In this document: positions 1 through 12,206 of the stretch, piece after piece | Numbering within the stretch: position 1 is the stretch's first letter | How the letters are laid out: each line of letters begins with the position of its first letter | NCBI GenBank assembly: GCA_013265495.1 | Contig: MU057887.1 | Location: 507,985 to 571,984 of the forward strand | Direction of reading: 5' to 3' | From: Vicugna vicugna | Taxonomy: Eukaryota | DNA length: 64,000 nucleotides | Program-made: the position numbers and the translations under genes | Notes under the pieces: generated by a model | What the model was told of the DNA's origin: nothing | Seen by the model: the letters and a program-made list of their open reading frames with translations, nothing else | The model's database searches: none

Positions 1-554
1 AAAACAGTTGTAAAACTTTTATGTTCATCTTCCTGATCATGAAAACAGAGGCAGCATCATCTATACCTTAGATCTTCATCTAAAGCTTTGAATGTTGAAA
101 TTTGCCTTAATTTTAGCTAACCCTTTTTTCCCTTGATTTATTTTACAAACAGTGCCACCATCATCAGCAGAAATGAGGTTAAACATTTTTGTCCCAGAAG
201 AAATTGCTTAACATTCACTACTAACCAGCAGATCCTCGCACAGGGATTAGGAAAACAGTATACAAGTTAGGTGTTTTTACTTTGTTTGGGTTTGTTGTTA
301 CTGTTTTTGGCAATCCTGATTTCACGTGTGGCCACTGATACTCCTTTTTTTTCTTTCTGATTCCTATAAAGATGGAATATTAGTAGATACTGACAGTAAG
401 AAACTGAATAAAAATCTGTCAAGAACAGAATTCTCTCTTAGATTTGCTATCTAAATTGTTCTAGGCCTAAAACATAACCTGAATTGTCTGGCTGAAAAAA
501 ATTGTTCTGTATCACATACATAACATGACTAAAGACAAGTAATGAACTGATTAC

Positions 555-706
555 CTGTGCACAGCGAACAGGAGAGCCAGAGCCGCCACACACTTCTCTC
601 CCCCTGACAGATTATCCATCGGCATGAACCTTTTGCCTGGGGCCACACAGTTATAGCTAATTCCCTCCAGGTAAGGCTCTTCCGGGTTCTCTGGGCTAAG
701 AAATGC
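555..706 (-). CDS. SMC1B: SMC1B exon 22 (152 nt): [50 protein letters not shown](S)
   Basis: GTTTCAG acceptor; CAG|GTAATC donor; ABC signature motif LSGGEK. Confidence 0.96.
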
Positions 707-1698
707 CTGAAACACATGTTATTTATTCAGCAGTATCAGAAAAGCTATTAGCAAGTTTCAACAGCCACAGAGTTTAACTGCAGAATACCATTGATTAGAC
801 TTTCCTCCATTTTGATGGAAAGATACCAATGTTCGTAAATAACGTATTTAGCTCTCCATGTGCTCAGACAGCAGGGCTGTCCGGCTGGGGAGCAGAGGGA
901 AAACACCGCCACAGGCATCAGGGGTGAGCCTTCCCACCAGACTGCCCTCCACCATATGCCGCAGCCTCATGAAAACAATCTTCATTCAAATCACTCATTG
1001 GCCCTTTCGTCAAATCTTTACTGAACACCTATCATGGGCCAGGTACTATGGAAACAGAGATGAATCCTGCCCTCAAGGAATCAGCGGTTTATTTTAGTCC
1101 TACTTTACTGAAAACAAGTAAGGTATTTTTGGTTGCAATTCTAAATATCTGATTCAAGATTACCGGGGAGAGCAGGTGTCTAAGATCTGATCCTTGGAAC
1201 ACATTCCATCCCACAGTCTCTGCTATGGACAATGACCATGGAACGGGGAGACCGTCGTCACAAGGGGCATGTATCTAGATCTGAGTCTTGCCTTTAGTTC
1301 TTTCCTTCTCCTTTGTTACTCCAGGCAACTCCACAGACTCCGGATTCACAGGCTCTCCATTACCCTAACTACTACACAGACCACTGACAGCTCTATAAAC
1401 TCAAGTTTGTACCAGGTAACAGAATTTCAGAGCTGAAGAGAACTTGGAAACCAAATGATCTAACCCACTCATTCTGCAGATGAAGAACCAGGACCAGGAA
1501 GAGTCTGGCTTGTCCCGGCTGGCCAGTGGTGGAGCGAGTAGGATCTAGAACACGGGTCACTGTGACAGCCAGTCTTCACGAGTTGCCTTTGCCCCGTTAA
1601 GTGAGTTGCTCAAACAGTGTGGTGGCAATTTCCCACCAGGAAAAACCCCCACAACAACACAAAGTTCCCACTCAAACTTGGGGGTGAAAAATACATAC

Positions 1699-1853
1699 TT
1701 GGGCACTGTGGTTTCTGCAGAGCTTCTTGTAGATCTGATCAATTGAGACTGAGATGTGCTCAAAACACTGGCTGAAAAGATCGTATCTCCTTTTTTTCAC
1801 CTGTTCAAACTCTTGCCTACATATTCTGGCTTCCTTTCTGCTGGCCTCAAAAG
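1699..1853 (-). CDS. SMC1B: SMC1B exon 21 (155 nt): (A)FEASRKEARICRQEFEQVKKRRYDLFSQCFEHISVSIDQIYKKLCRNHSAQ
   Basis: CTCTCTTAG acceptor; CAA|GTATGT donor; within ORF 1672..1893. Confidence 0.96.
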
Positions 1854-2333
1854 CTAAGAGAGAATCAATGTTCTTTATTTTGGAGAACACCAAGGTTTTC
1901 TCAACTTTAAAGCATAAAATATTTCTAACATTGGATTTTGAGTCTGGTTCTCTTTAGTAAAGTCTACCTTCAAAATACCTCAAGTGTTATTAATTCCAAG
2001 AAAATGACTCTTAAAATTGAAGAGCCCTTTTTCTAGTAGGTCTAATTTTTAAATAATAACAAATTCCAACAGAGGATCTAATATGCCTCTCATGCTGGTA
2101 TGAAACAAAACGTTGCCTATTCTAAAATAACCAATACACCTGTTTTTAAATTAAAGCAGAACAGTTTTCAAAAAGGAAGGAATTAGTGACTCAGAATTAA
2201 AAGAATGCTACTTTAAGACAACAGAGGAAAAATATGCATAATAAAAACAAAGGTACAATCCAGGGGGGATTACTGGTTAGCGTTACAGAATGCCCACGGA
2301 CGTGATCCTGGCAGCGCTAAAGCCCAGCCTCAC

Positions 2334-2490
2334 CGTCTGCGGACTCCTGAAACTTGTCCCTGACCGTCTTCAGGTTCTCCAGGGCTCTGAGGTTGGGGGC
2401 TGCTGTCTTCAACAGGACATCCTCCTGGGAGGCTATCTGTTGCCGCAGGACTCTAAGGTGGGCCTCAACTTCTTTATCTGTTTGTAGAGC
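2334..2490 (-). CDS. SMC1B: SMC1B exon 20 (157 nt): ALQTDKEVEAHLRVLRQQIASQEDVLLKTAAPNLRALENLKTVRDKFQESAD
   Basis: AATAATAG acceptor; ACG|GTGAGG donor; contains the conserved SMC 'APN' loop. Confidence 0.95.
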
Positions 2491-3409
2491 CTATTATTGG
2501 CAAAGGACAGCAGTGATTAGCCTGGCTTTTAGACCCAAAGTGCTAAGGCAATCAGGCCCTGGCCTCTGCGTTGCTCCCCTGCACCCAGGCCTGCCCTCCC
2601 TCACAGCCCTCCGAGTCTGCAGTGAGGCCAGGCTGCACTACATGCAGCTTCCTGTTGGCTGTGCCCTTTCACAGCTCTCGCGTCACAGACGCTGCTCTCT
2701 TGGAACGCGCTTCGTCTTCATATTTCTTCATCGAGCCAAAAAAGTAACGATGCATATATCACTTCATTTACTTGTTCACTAAAAAATATTGCTCATCTAC
2801 TATGTATTAGACACTGAGGAATCAGCAGTGAAAACTGCTCTGTCCTTGTCCTTAAAGCGCTCACAGGGAAGCCAGATGTGTAAGCTGGCATTTGCAGCAG
2901 TGTGAAACCCTCCACCAGGCAAGCATGGAGGTCTGTGGGGCAGGCAGAGGGGTCCGAGCATCCCGAGGGGTAACCCTTCAGCTAAACCTAGACAGTGAAC
3001 GGAATTAACCTGAGTGAGGAGGGAAGGGAGAAAGCGGCGTCGATATCACATTCCAGGAAAACTTTTTTGACCTCCCAGAAGGAATTAACAGCCGATAAAG
3101 GCGACGTTTTAATTCATTGTAAAAAGGATCATTTGAAAAATGTTGAGTGAACTGGTTAACTCAGGTACCTTTTTAAAAAGATTCTTACCTCATATCACAT
3201 ACAGAAATAAATTTCAGATGAATTAAATAGGTAAATGAAAACAAAAGAAAACCATTAACAGGAACGTGGTGGGGAAGGACTTTATAGATATGAAACCACT
3301 GAATAGATCATAAAAAAGACAAGATTTTTTCTGATTGCCAAAAGTACAAGTACAATCAAAGAGCCCAACAAATCTAACAAAACATATAGGAGACACATGA
3401 CGTGAAAGG

Positions 3410-3870
3410 ATGTGGTGGGTACTGCTACTTGGCATCCACTCTCCCTTCCTTCCTTCCTAACAGAGCCCACGTCTGACCATTTCTCCCTCATGGGTCCCCT
3501 GAACCCTGCTTGGTCTAAAGCTACATCACCCCCCATGCAACAGTGACCGGTCAGGAATGAACACATGACCTACTTCAGGCCACTGTGATGAGGGGGCAGT
3601 TGCTGAAATTTTGTGGGAAAAGCCTTTCTTCAATCTTAAGAGCAGCAGCACTACTAACGACAGTCTTCTGACTTCTCTGAGGGTGGTGGGCTGTGTGGCT
3701 GGAAGGCCAAGAAAGGCTGCAGTCATCTTGCCCTCATGAGAGAAGCAGCCTCTGGATGAAGCCAAAACTCAAAGCATCGTATGGCTGCAGGGATGACTGA
3801 GAAGCAGAGTCAGAGCTGCCGAATTAGACACCATGATGCCGGGCTCCAGCTCTGTGCCCTGCAGCTGTGA
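3410..3870 (+). mobile_element. Old MaLR (MLT1-like) solo LTR, degraded
   Basis: Motifs 'ccttcctaacagagccc', 'cacatgacc...ggcca' and 'gctgcagtcatcttgcc...catgag...ggatgaagccaa' resemble MLT1 LTRs; boundaries approximate. Confidence 0.55.
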
Positions 3871-4283
3871 ACGACTGGTCACTTACTGAGGGGACCACAC
3901 TGGGACACTGACGGGGCAGTGTCCCTGATGCCAGAGTATGTCGGCCACTTTTGTCTACTTCAGGGCTTCTCAAAGACTTTATTATTCACTGTGAATCTCC
4001 AAGAAGGGAAGAGCCTTTCAAAAAACTGGCAGAAACTTTTCTTTGGCAAGACATTTCATGGTACTGGTGCTCTACAGGACACACGGTGAGAAACGCTGGT
4101 ATAAACATTCTAACTGTTTTAAACATTAAAAAATGTAACCTATTCACACTATTTCTTAAAAAATCATTAGGAAATCTACTTTTTCCCCTAAACTTATGCT
4201 CTGGCATCTAAAAATTATTCTGTAGTATTTAAATGTTCAGTATTACCATGAGTTAGTCATAACAACAGAAACCTTTCCGTTAC

Positions 4284-4382
4284 CTTCAAGTCCTCCCTTA
4301 GAGAGCTGTAGTCTATCTCAATGGCTTCTTCTTTCTCGTATATATCAAGTGTTGCCTGGGTACTTTCCGCTTCAGTGCCCAA
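4284..4382 (-). CDS. SMC1B: SMC1B exon 19 (99 nt): LGTEAESTQATLDIYEKEEAIEIDYSSLREDLK
   Basis: GTTTTTCAG acceptor; AAG|GTAACG donor; within ORF 4257..4448. Confidence 0.95.
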
Positions 4383-5315
4383 CTGAAAAACATATGACGC
4401 CCTTTCTTTGTCATCTGAAATGGTGATCTCTTTATCCTCCTGCCCCAATCTAGTTGGTTAACACCTCAATCAGATTAAAAGTTAAAATGCTTATGTTGGC
4501 TTGCAAGGCCATGATGACCTGGCCCTCTGCTGCCCTTTCACTGACTTCATTTTGTGCCAGTCTCCTGGTACTCACTCTGCTCCAACCGCACTGCCCTCCT
4601 TGAACAGACAAGGCACATGTCCACCTGAGAGCCGGCACGCTGCCCTCTGCCTGGACAACCTTCCCCTGATGTCTGCATCACTTCTTTTACCTCCACTACT
4701 AACCAGCTGCCTTCTCGCAAGACGTCCGTGGCCTCTGCATCTAAGACTGCAAACTCTCCTCTACCAACACTCTCTTTTCCTTTTCCTCCTTTATACTTTC
4801 TTTAGCCTGTATCATCACCAAACACGTAGGTATTTCATTTGTTCACCATTTTTTTTTCGTGCATGTGATAGAATATGAAGGAAGAGATCCTGGGCAGTTG
4901 TATTCACTGCCGTATTCTCGGTGCAATGTTGACAACATATAATATTTCAATTTCAATATATATCATTCTCTGAAAGAAGAAAGGACTAGGAAAGAAGGAA
5001 CGAAATAAGTACTTCTTCCGTTGTAGGCTGGTCTCTGGTGTAATGCTGATACCAAAAACCAACACTCACAAATTAAGAGAGAAAAAAAGCCTGTGTCACA
5101 CATTTCGCCCTAGATGTTCTCAGCTGAAACAAACCCAATGAAACTACTTTTGGAATTAAGTCTGCATTTTATGTAACGCACCCATGTTAAAATGGTTCGC
5201 ACGGAAGTGGAGCTTGAATACAAAATGTAACAGTGAATCGCTGACTGTCACGATTCCTGTTGAGGTGATTCAACATCGTATTTTGCATTAAGCTTCTACA
5301 TGAGTCCTCTGATGC

Positions 5316-5440
5316 CTTGCTATTTAAAGTGTGGTCAGCAAAGTGTGGTCAGTGGGCCTCACCTGGGAGCCAACAGGAATGCAATCTCTTAGGCAACAAG
5401 ATCCCCAGATGCTTCACGTGCACAATTACTCCTACAAATG
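5316..5440. mobile_element. MER5-like hAT-Charlie remnant
   Basis: 'aaagtgtggtc...cacctgggag...aatgca.atct...aacaagatccccag.tg' pattern; AAAGTGTGGTCAG is locally duplicated. Confidence 0.6.
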
Positions 5441-7652
5441 CTGTTGTAAGTCAGTTAATTCTACTCAGTGATCTTTTCCCCCGCCCTCTGGAGAGAGACA
5501 GTTCATACCTAAGACCCCTTCTGTTTGGGGATTTACAGACAACCTTGTACAGCATCCCCATTACACGGCCACTACTTGATGTGCTTGCAAAATTCCAATC
5601 AGGGAACTCACCACTAGAGGCCCTCCCTCTTTCTAGTAGGAAGTGTTCCCTAGCAGAAGAAATCTGATTCTGCCCTCTACCCCCCAACCCTAGTATTCCC
5701 CTTAGGACCAGAAAGAACAAGTATGATCCTTCTATGACAGACCTCCTATTGGAGGAGTAACCATACTCCCTAAGCCTTCTCTTTCCAGCATGATGTGGTC
5801 TGGGCCTTCTCACTATCCTGGACACTTTTCTCTCAAAAAGCATCAAGCTTTAGAAAGTGACTTGACTAGCACAAAGTGGAGCAGAACTATCACTTTTTCT
5901 TTTCAGATAATGATTCAGTGTTAATCCTGCTCCAGGTCTTAACACCTGCTTTGAAATACCCACTAGGAACATGAAAGCCATTCACGCTGATAAAGCGTAA
6001 TTCCACATTCATGATGGGCATGTTGGGGAATACTTCTGAAAGTGCACTAGCTGAAAGAACAACAGGATCAAAGCAGCAGCATGAACACTTGACCAACAGC
6101 ATTTACTTAGATGTCGGTCACTAAACCTGCTTCCTCCTCTGCACTGTTCTGCGATGAACCTCTCCTAAAACTACGCTGCCTTTACAGACTTTCCATTTCT
6201 CTCTATAGCCCAGGGAGTACTGTTTTTCTGCTGCCATCCACTTCTGCTGTTACAGGCCCCTCCCTCTCCTCTCTCTGCACCCTTAATTAAGAATGGACAC
6301 ACAGCCTAGAATGAGCCAACCAGAGTTCTTCCCCAGGATTTTTCTAACAGAGAGGACAAGGGAGAGCTGTCTTTCTCCTCTGGTCAAAGTGAGTGGTTTC
6401 CTGTGGGGAAAGCTGACCTGAGAGAACAAAGCCAATACATACTGAGCCAGAAAGAGTTCTTGACAACGTTTAACTTCCTGGACCGAGTCATGTGTGAGAC
6501 CGCCTCCATTCCAGCCCTACCCCTTCCCCTCTTTAAAGCCATCTGAGTGGGGTTTATGACACTTGTGGCCAGGAAAGGGTCTTCTCCTTTCCTTACCTTC
6601 TGTCTGAAATGTGATCTTTGCTAAAATAGAGAAAAAAGGCTTTTTGAGTGCAATATCACACCAGAACTATGCTATGGTAAGTGGTCAATATTAGCAAGAG
6701 AAACGTTATTTTATAGATACTTCATACTGAAGAACCCAAAGGGCTGAAGGCCTCTTCTGGAGTAGAAAACTGGCTGGGACTGAATGGATTCCTGACGGAG
6801 GGCAGAGCAGAAAGGGGAGGAGGCATGTGGAAAGGGAAACCACAGACGAGATTCACCAAAGAACTCAAGAAATAACTTGAGAGGCAAAACAAATAACTAT
6901 TTTCGCCACCTTCTGGATCAGCTAATAGTGAAACTTTCTTTCTGAACTGTATAGTCCTATCTTTCCTAACATGAGCCACAGAACTAAGGATGTATTCTTA
7001 GTTGAATACAGTTGAAGATGACTTCCAGCCAATCTAAAGAGTATGGTGTAATATAAATGTGATGAGAAAGAAAGAAAAAAAGGCAAACAGAGAGATGTCA
7101 CCATTAGTAGACTTCGGTTTCATCTTCCGATTCCTTGGGTGTCTAATCTTGCCTCCCCCACACTCTCACCACTTGGACAGACTCAGTGAAGCATGTTTCT
7201 TCTGAGAACCATCTCATGTGGATGGTGCAGGTGCACAGCAAGATACCTCCACACACCATGTACAATGTCACAACAGCACAGCAGCCCCCTGGCATGTGGC
7301 CTGCGGTTCACGGTGGCTAACACCACCTCCCCGAAATGTCCCTAACTCCAACGGCTTTCATTCTCTGATTCCTCTATCTATAGGTTACAAAAAAGCTCCA
7401 GTCCGTCCTGCGGAGCTAAAATGACATGGATTAGCAAGAGAAAGAATAGAACTGCACAAAATGCCCAGTCCTCTGGAGTGATGATCATTTTTCACTTTTT
7501 TCCTCCTAGGAGGAGAAGATGTCTTTTCTGCCCCCAAAGAGGCTTTAGAACAAGAGGAAGAATCTGCATAGCTGGGACTTCACTAACCAGCCAAAGGCAT
7601 TACATTAAGTTCCACACGACTGCACATACTTTAAAATCATTTGCTAGAATAC

Positions 7653-7806
7653 CTCCACTTCAATGATGTCATCCAATGACCCCAACAAAAGAACTATTTC
7701 AATGTCTTGAACTTTGCAATCAAGCAACATGTTATGCTTCTCTAACCGTTTCTGTTCCAGAGAAGTTTGAATGATTACAACCTCTTTTTGCCGTTTTACC
7801 ACTTCC
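7653..7806 (-). CDS. SMC1B: SMC1B exon 18 (154 nt): EVVKRQKEVVIIQTSLEQKRLEKHNMLLDCKVQDIEIVLLLGSLDDIIEVE
   Basis: GTTTACAG acceptor; GAG|GTATTC donor. Confidence 0.95.
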
Positions 7807-9146
7807 CTGTAAACACACAGATAAAAAGTTATTGTATTTTACTAAATATGTAAAGTAGCACCAAGGAAGAAACGTATGTTATCAACTTACATAAAAAGAT
7901 TATTTTTTCCTATGATTACTGTAAATTCCAATTATCTCACAGATGCTTGCAATTTAAATTTTAACACTCTTGACAAAGACCATGAATGTAAATATTTAAC
8001 CCAAGGGAGCATTTTCAATAATAAACACTGTTACTTTAATCAGGCTAGCAACAATACAGTGCTTTCCTAGTTATTTTCAAATCTGTACAACTTTTCAAGC
8101 TACGTTTCTCTACTTAAGTTCTACATTTTAGAACTTAAAACCAAGATAAACAGTCTCTTAGCCACAGAAATGTCTTATCAATTAAGTTATTATACACCTA
8201 GTAGCCGGAACTTTTTCTTTTAACTATCACTACCACTAATGTAATGCCTTCTATCTTAATGAGGGGTTGGGAGTTATACCAGTTGAAACATTGTGGGATT
8301 TTAAAGAAGACCTAGAAGCAGGCCAAAAATAAAGTAAGTTAAGAATTATATGGTTTTCAAAAATATGATGACAAACAGAGATGTGGTTCTGTTTAAACTA
8401 AATATGAGTAAAAAAAATCAAGAGTAAATAAACTTAATTCCACTTAAAAATCTTAGGGAAAAAATTTTCTAACTGTATCTTAAAACACTGAAGAGCTTTG
8501 AACAGTGAGGAAAATTGTGAAATGCCACGAGGCTGAGTAAACAGAGCTCACTTCATCTGATCACTTGTGATTGCATCACACAGGAAAGCAGATGTCACTG
8601 CGGTACAGCAAGCCAGCTGATTCAGTGTTATGGCCGTCACTGTGGTAAACACACATGCTGAGCATGTGCAGGTACTGTTCTAAGTGCCACGTACAATAGC
8701 TCATTTAACCCTTACAAATTTTCTATGAGGCAGGCACCATAATGATCCCCATCACTGACAAGGAAATGAAAGCACAGCACAGGAGCAGCAGAACCAGCAC
8801 ACGAAACCATGCAGCGTGGCTCCGGGTCTACACCTCACCTGCCGTGCTCCGTCACACACACAGACCAGCGGGAGACTCCACAACGGAAGTGCTGGTGTCA
8901 AGGGGGATTCAGGGTAAGGGGCTCTTTATATAGGTCTCTGTTTCATCCACCAAAGAGAACTCTATAAATGACTAACCACCTCTCTTGGTTCTCCCCCAAA
9001 TAAGGCTGCTTGATAGGTGTGATGTGGGACCAAAAGTAACAAAAGTACCTACTCGAATAATGAAATCTGCTATAATAAATCTCAAATTGATGGTAAATAT
9101 CTTCAAAACTCTGGTTGTGGTCTTTCAAACTGATAAACTTAATTAC

Positions 9147-9292
9147 CTATCAACAGCCAAAAACTTCTTCCGTTCCTCTTCAATTTGAGCTTGGACTTTC
9201 TCAACGTTGGAGTTCTGAGCAACAAACATGTCCTTAAGTTGCTGCTGTTTCTCCATGAGTTCATTCACAATTTTCAGACAATCTTCTTCAGT
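9147..9292 (-). CDS. SMC1B: SMC1B exon 17 (146 nt): TEEDCLKIVNELMEKQQQLKDMFVAQNSNVEKVQAQIEEERKKFLAVD(R)
   Basis: CTCCATTCAG acceptor; AG|GTAATT donor. Confidence 0.95.
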
Positions 9293-10104
9293 CTGAATGG
9301 AGAAGATTTGCATTGCAGGTTAATAAGGTCAGTAGATCAACTTATTATCAATACACCAAACCAGTCATTCCGAGGTAAACCCTTATCCTGTATGCTGCTT
9401 GAACCTGGCACAGAATGTGACCCACTCTTGTTTACTTGTTCACTTTGGATTCATTCCTCAGCTGGCTGCCACCTAACTTCTGTTCTCTGTCCTGTGAAAG
9501 AATTTTTGCTACTTACCAAGTCCTCTGAATTGGCAATTAAACAGACATTTTCCTGGCTTGACTTTTTGACAACTTTCTCCACTTCCTTTTCCTCACTCTT
9601 GAGGGCTTCTGTAACACCACCCCTTCTGGCTCTCTTCCTAACCTGTGAACACTCCTTCCAGAATCGATCCTTGCTCCACTGCTCCTCACTGCCTACCTCT
9701 CTGCTTGGGAGTCCCAGACATTCAAATATGTCTTCAACCTACTCCCACAAACCAGACTAGACTCCTCTTACCTACCTACTCTCTAACTCCCTGCTGGAAG
9801 TTGCTGTCTGGATGCCACGTAGGAAAGTCAACCTCCGCAGGTCCCGAATTTTCTCTCCTTAATCGCTCCTCCTATCCACCCCTCTCCTGGTTAGAATGCA
9901 GGAGTCATCCATGGCATGCCCCCTTCACATAATAATTCATGAAGCTGTGTGAATTTACTTCAAGTATTTCTCAAATCTACGTGCCCCCGCCTCTCCTCCC
10001 AACTTCTTAAGACTATTAGGACATTTCAGGAGCTCAAAACAAATGTTTATTCACTGAAGAAAGTCATCATTTTGATGACACTTTAGCCACCCATCAATAA
10101 TTAC

Positions 10105-10246
10105 CTTCTTTAGGTTATCAATGTCTTCTCTACCTTTCTGGATAGTTTCTTTTAATGTGTTAATCTTATTCAGTTTCTTCTTTAGATGACTGCGACTATA
10201 TTCAAGTTGAATATTAAGCCGAGTTTTCTGTTTCTCAAATTCTAAT
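10105..10246 (-). CDS. SMC1B: SMC1B exon 16 (142 nt): LEFEKQKTRLNIQLEYSRSHLKKKLNKINTLKETIQKGREDIDNLKK
   Basis: TTATACTAG acceptor; AAG|GTAATT donor. Confidence 0.95.
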
Positions 10247-10891
10247 CTAGTATAATAAAGTCAAGCATTACAAGTGGTAAACAGAGCCTTTCAATTCTTT
10301 TTTTTAAACTTTTTTACTTTATGGAAAATTTCAAACAAATATAAAAGTAGAAGGAATACTATAATTGATTCCCATACAGCTATCATCTGGCTCTGATAAC
10401 TATCAAGCCATGGTTAATCTTATTTCATCTGTAACCCCACTTATCACTCCTTCCCACTACTGGATTATTTGAAGCAAATTTCAGACATCATGTAGTTTCA
10501 TCTGTAAATATTTTAATATTGTATCTCTGAAAGTGAAGTGACTTTTAATACATAACCTATTATACATAAACTATTATAGAAATGATAAAAATTCCTTAAT
10601 ATCAAATTGCTATCATTGTCAAATTTCCTGCATCTCATTAGTTAAAAAAAAACTGGTTTGTTTGAATCATACATTGCACATGAATATGTTTCTTAAATCT
10701 TTTATAATCTATATAGGTTCCCTCCCTTTTTAAGTTTTAATTTATATGCTTATTCTTATTTATTTAGTCAATTAGTCTTTTCAAATAGCTATTTATTCAC
10801 AAACTCCAAACTTGGGAATTTAAGAACATGTTCCTTCCTGAGGTACTTTCCTACTTTGCCAGCTTTATAAACTCTCCATAAAAATTCCAAT

Positions 10892-12206
10892 ATTGAAAAA
10901 ACAGTCTTCAGTAAGTGGTGCTGGGAAAACTGGGCAGCTACATGTATAAGAATGAAATTAGAACATTCTTTAACACCATATACAAAACAATAAACTCAAA
11001 ATGGATCAGAAACCTAAATGTAAGGCTGGATACTATGAAATTCCTACAGGAAAACATAGGCAGAACACTCATTGACATAAATAACAGTAATAATTTTTTA
11101 AATCTTTCTCCTAAAGCAAAGAAAATAAAAGCAAAAAATAAACAAGTGGGTCCTAATTAAGCTTAAAAGCTTTTACACAGCAAAGGAAACTGATAAAACA
11201 AAAAAGGAAACATACTGAATGGAAAAAAATATTTGCAAATGATATGACCATTAAGGGCTTAATATCCACAATATATAAACAGCTCATACAACTCAAAATC
11301 AAAACAAAAAGCAAAAAACAAAAAACCAAATAAACAACCTGATAAAAATGGGCAGAAGATCTGAATAGACATTTTTCCAAAGAGGAAACGCAGATGACCA
11401 ATAGGCACATAAAAAGATCCTCTCAACATCCCTAATCATCAGGGAAATGCAAATCAAAACCACAATAAGATATCACCTCACAACACCTGTCAGAATGGCT
11501 GTCATCAAAAAGACCACAAATAACAAATGTTGGCAGGGATGTGGAGAAAAGGGAACCTTTCTATACTCCTGGTGGGAATGTAAATTGGTGCAGCCGCTAT
11601 GGATTGTCAAAAAACTAAAAGTAGAACTACCGTATGATCTGGCAATTCCACTCCTGGGTGTGCATCTGAAAAAACCCTCACTAATTTGAAAAAAATATAT
11701 GCACCTCAATGTTCACAGCAGCATTATTTGCAATTGCCAAGATATGGAGGCAACCTAAGGGTCCATCAACAATGGAATACTACTAAGCCATAAAAAATGA
11801 AACTTTGCCATCTGTAACAACATGGATGGACTTGGACAGCATTATGCTAAGTGAAATAAGTCAGACAGAGAAAGACACTCAATATGTGGAATCTAAGAAA
11901 TACAACAAACTAGTGAATTTAACTAAAAAGAAGCAGACTCACAGATACAGAGAACAAACTAGTGTTTACCAACGGAGCGAGGGAAGTGGGGGGAGACAAT
12001 ATAGCAGTAGGGAATTGAGAGGTGCAAACTATTATGTATAAAATAAGCTACAAGAATATGTTGTACAACACAGGGAATACAGCCAATATCTTACAATAAC
12101 TATAAATGGGTATAACCTTTAAAAATTGTGAATCACTATACTGTACACCTATAACTTATATAATATCATTCATCAACTGTAACTCAATAAAAGTCGTATC
12201 TCTAAA
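10892..12206 (+). mobile_element. 5'-truncated LINE-1 (ORF2 3' end + 3' UTR), antisense to SMC1B
   Basis: ORF track fragments '[12 protein letters not shown]', '[20 protein letters not shown]...CWQGCGEKG' and 'WMDLDSIMLSEISQ' are L1 ORF2 C-terminal; ends with AATAAA; candidate imperfect TSD aaaaattccaat/aaagattccaat. Confidence 0.9.

Noticed and set aside
2290..2782. + strand ORFs of 65 and 142 aa over exon 20
   Set aside because: Antisense shadows explained by the GC-rich, stop-poor composition of exon 20 and its flank.
7645..7652. GTAT-starting donors (exons 2, 15, 18, 21) as possible U12-type introns
   Set aside because: None matches the U12 consensus GTATCCTT (they read GTATTTTT, GTATTTTT, GTATTCTA, GTATGTAT).
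9185..9760. Longest ORF in the track (191 aa, + strand)
   Set aside because: Non-ATG start, antisense to exon 17, runs into an L2-like remnant, low-complexity Leu/Ser/Phe composition and no recognisable domain; a shadow ORF.
10915..12041. ORFs resembling L1 ORF2 protein (also 22937..23266 and 42152..42448)
   Set aside because: Fragmented by stops and frameshifts, 5'-truncated; dead L1 copies rather than genes or active elements.
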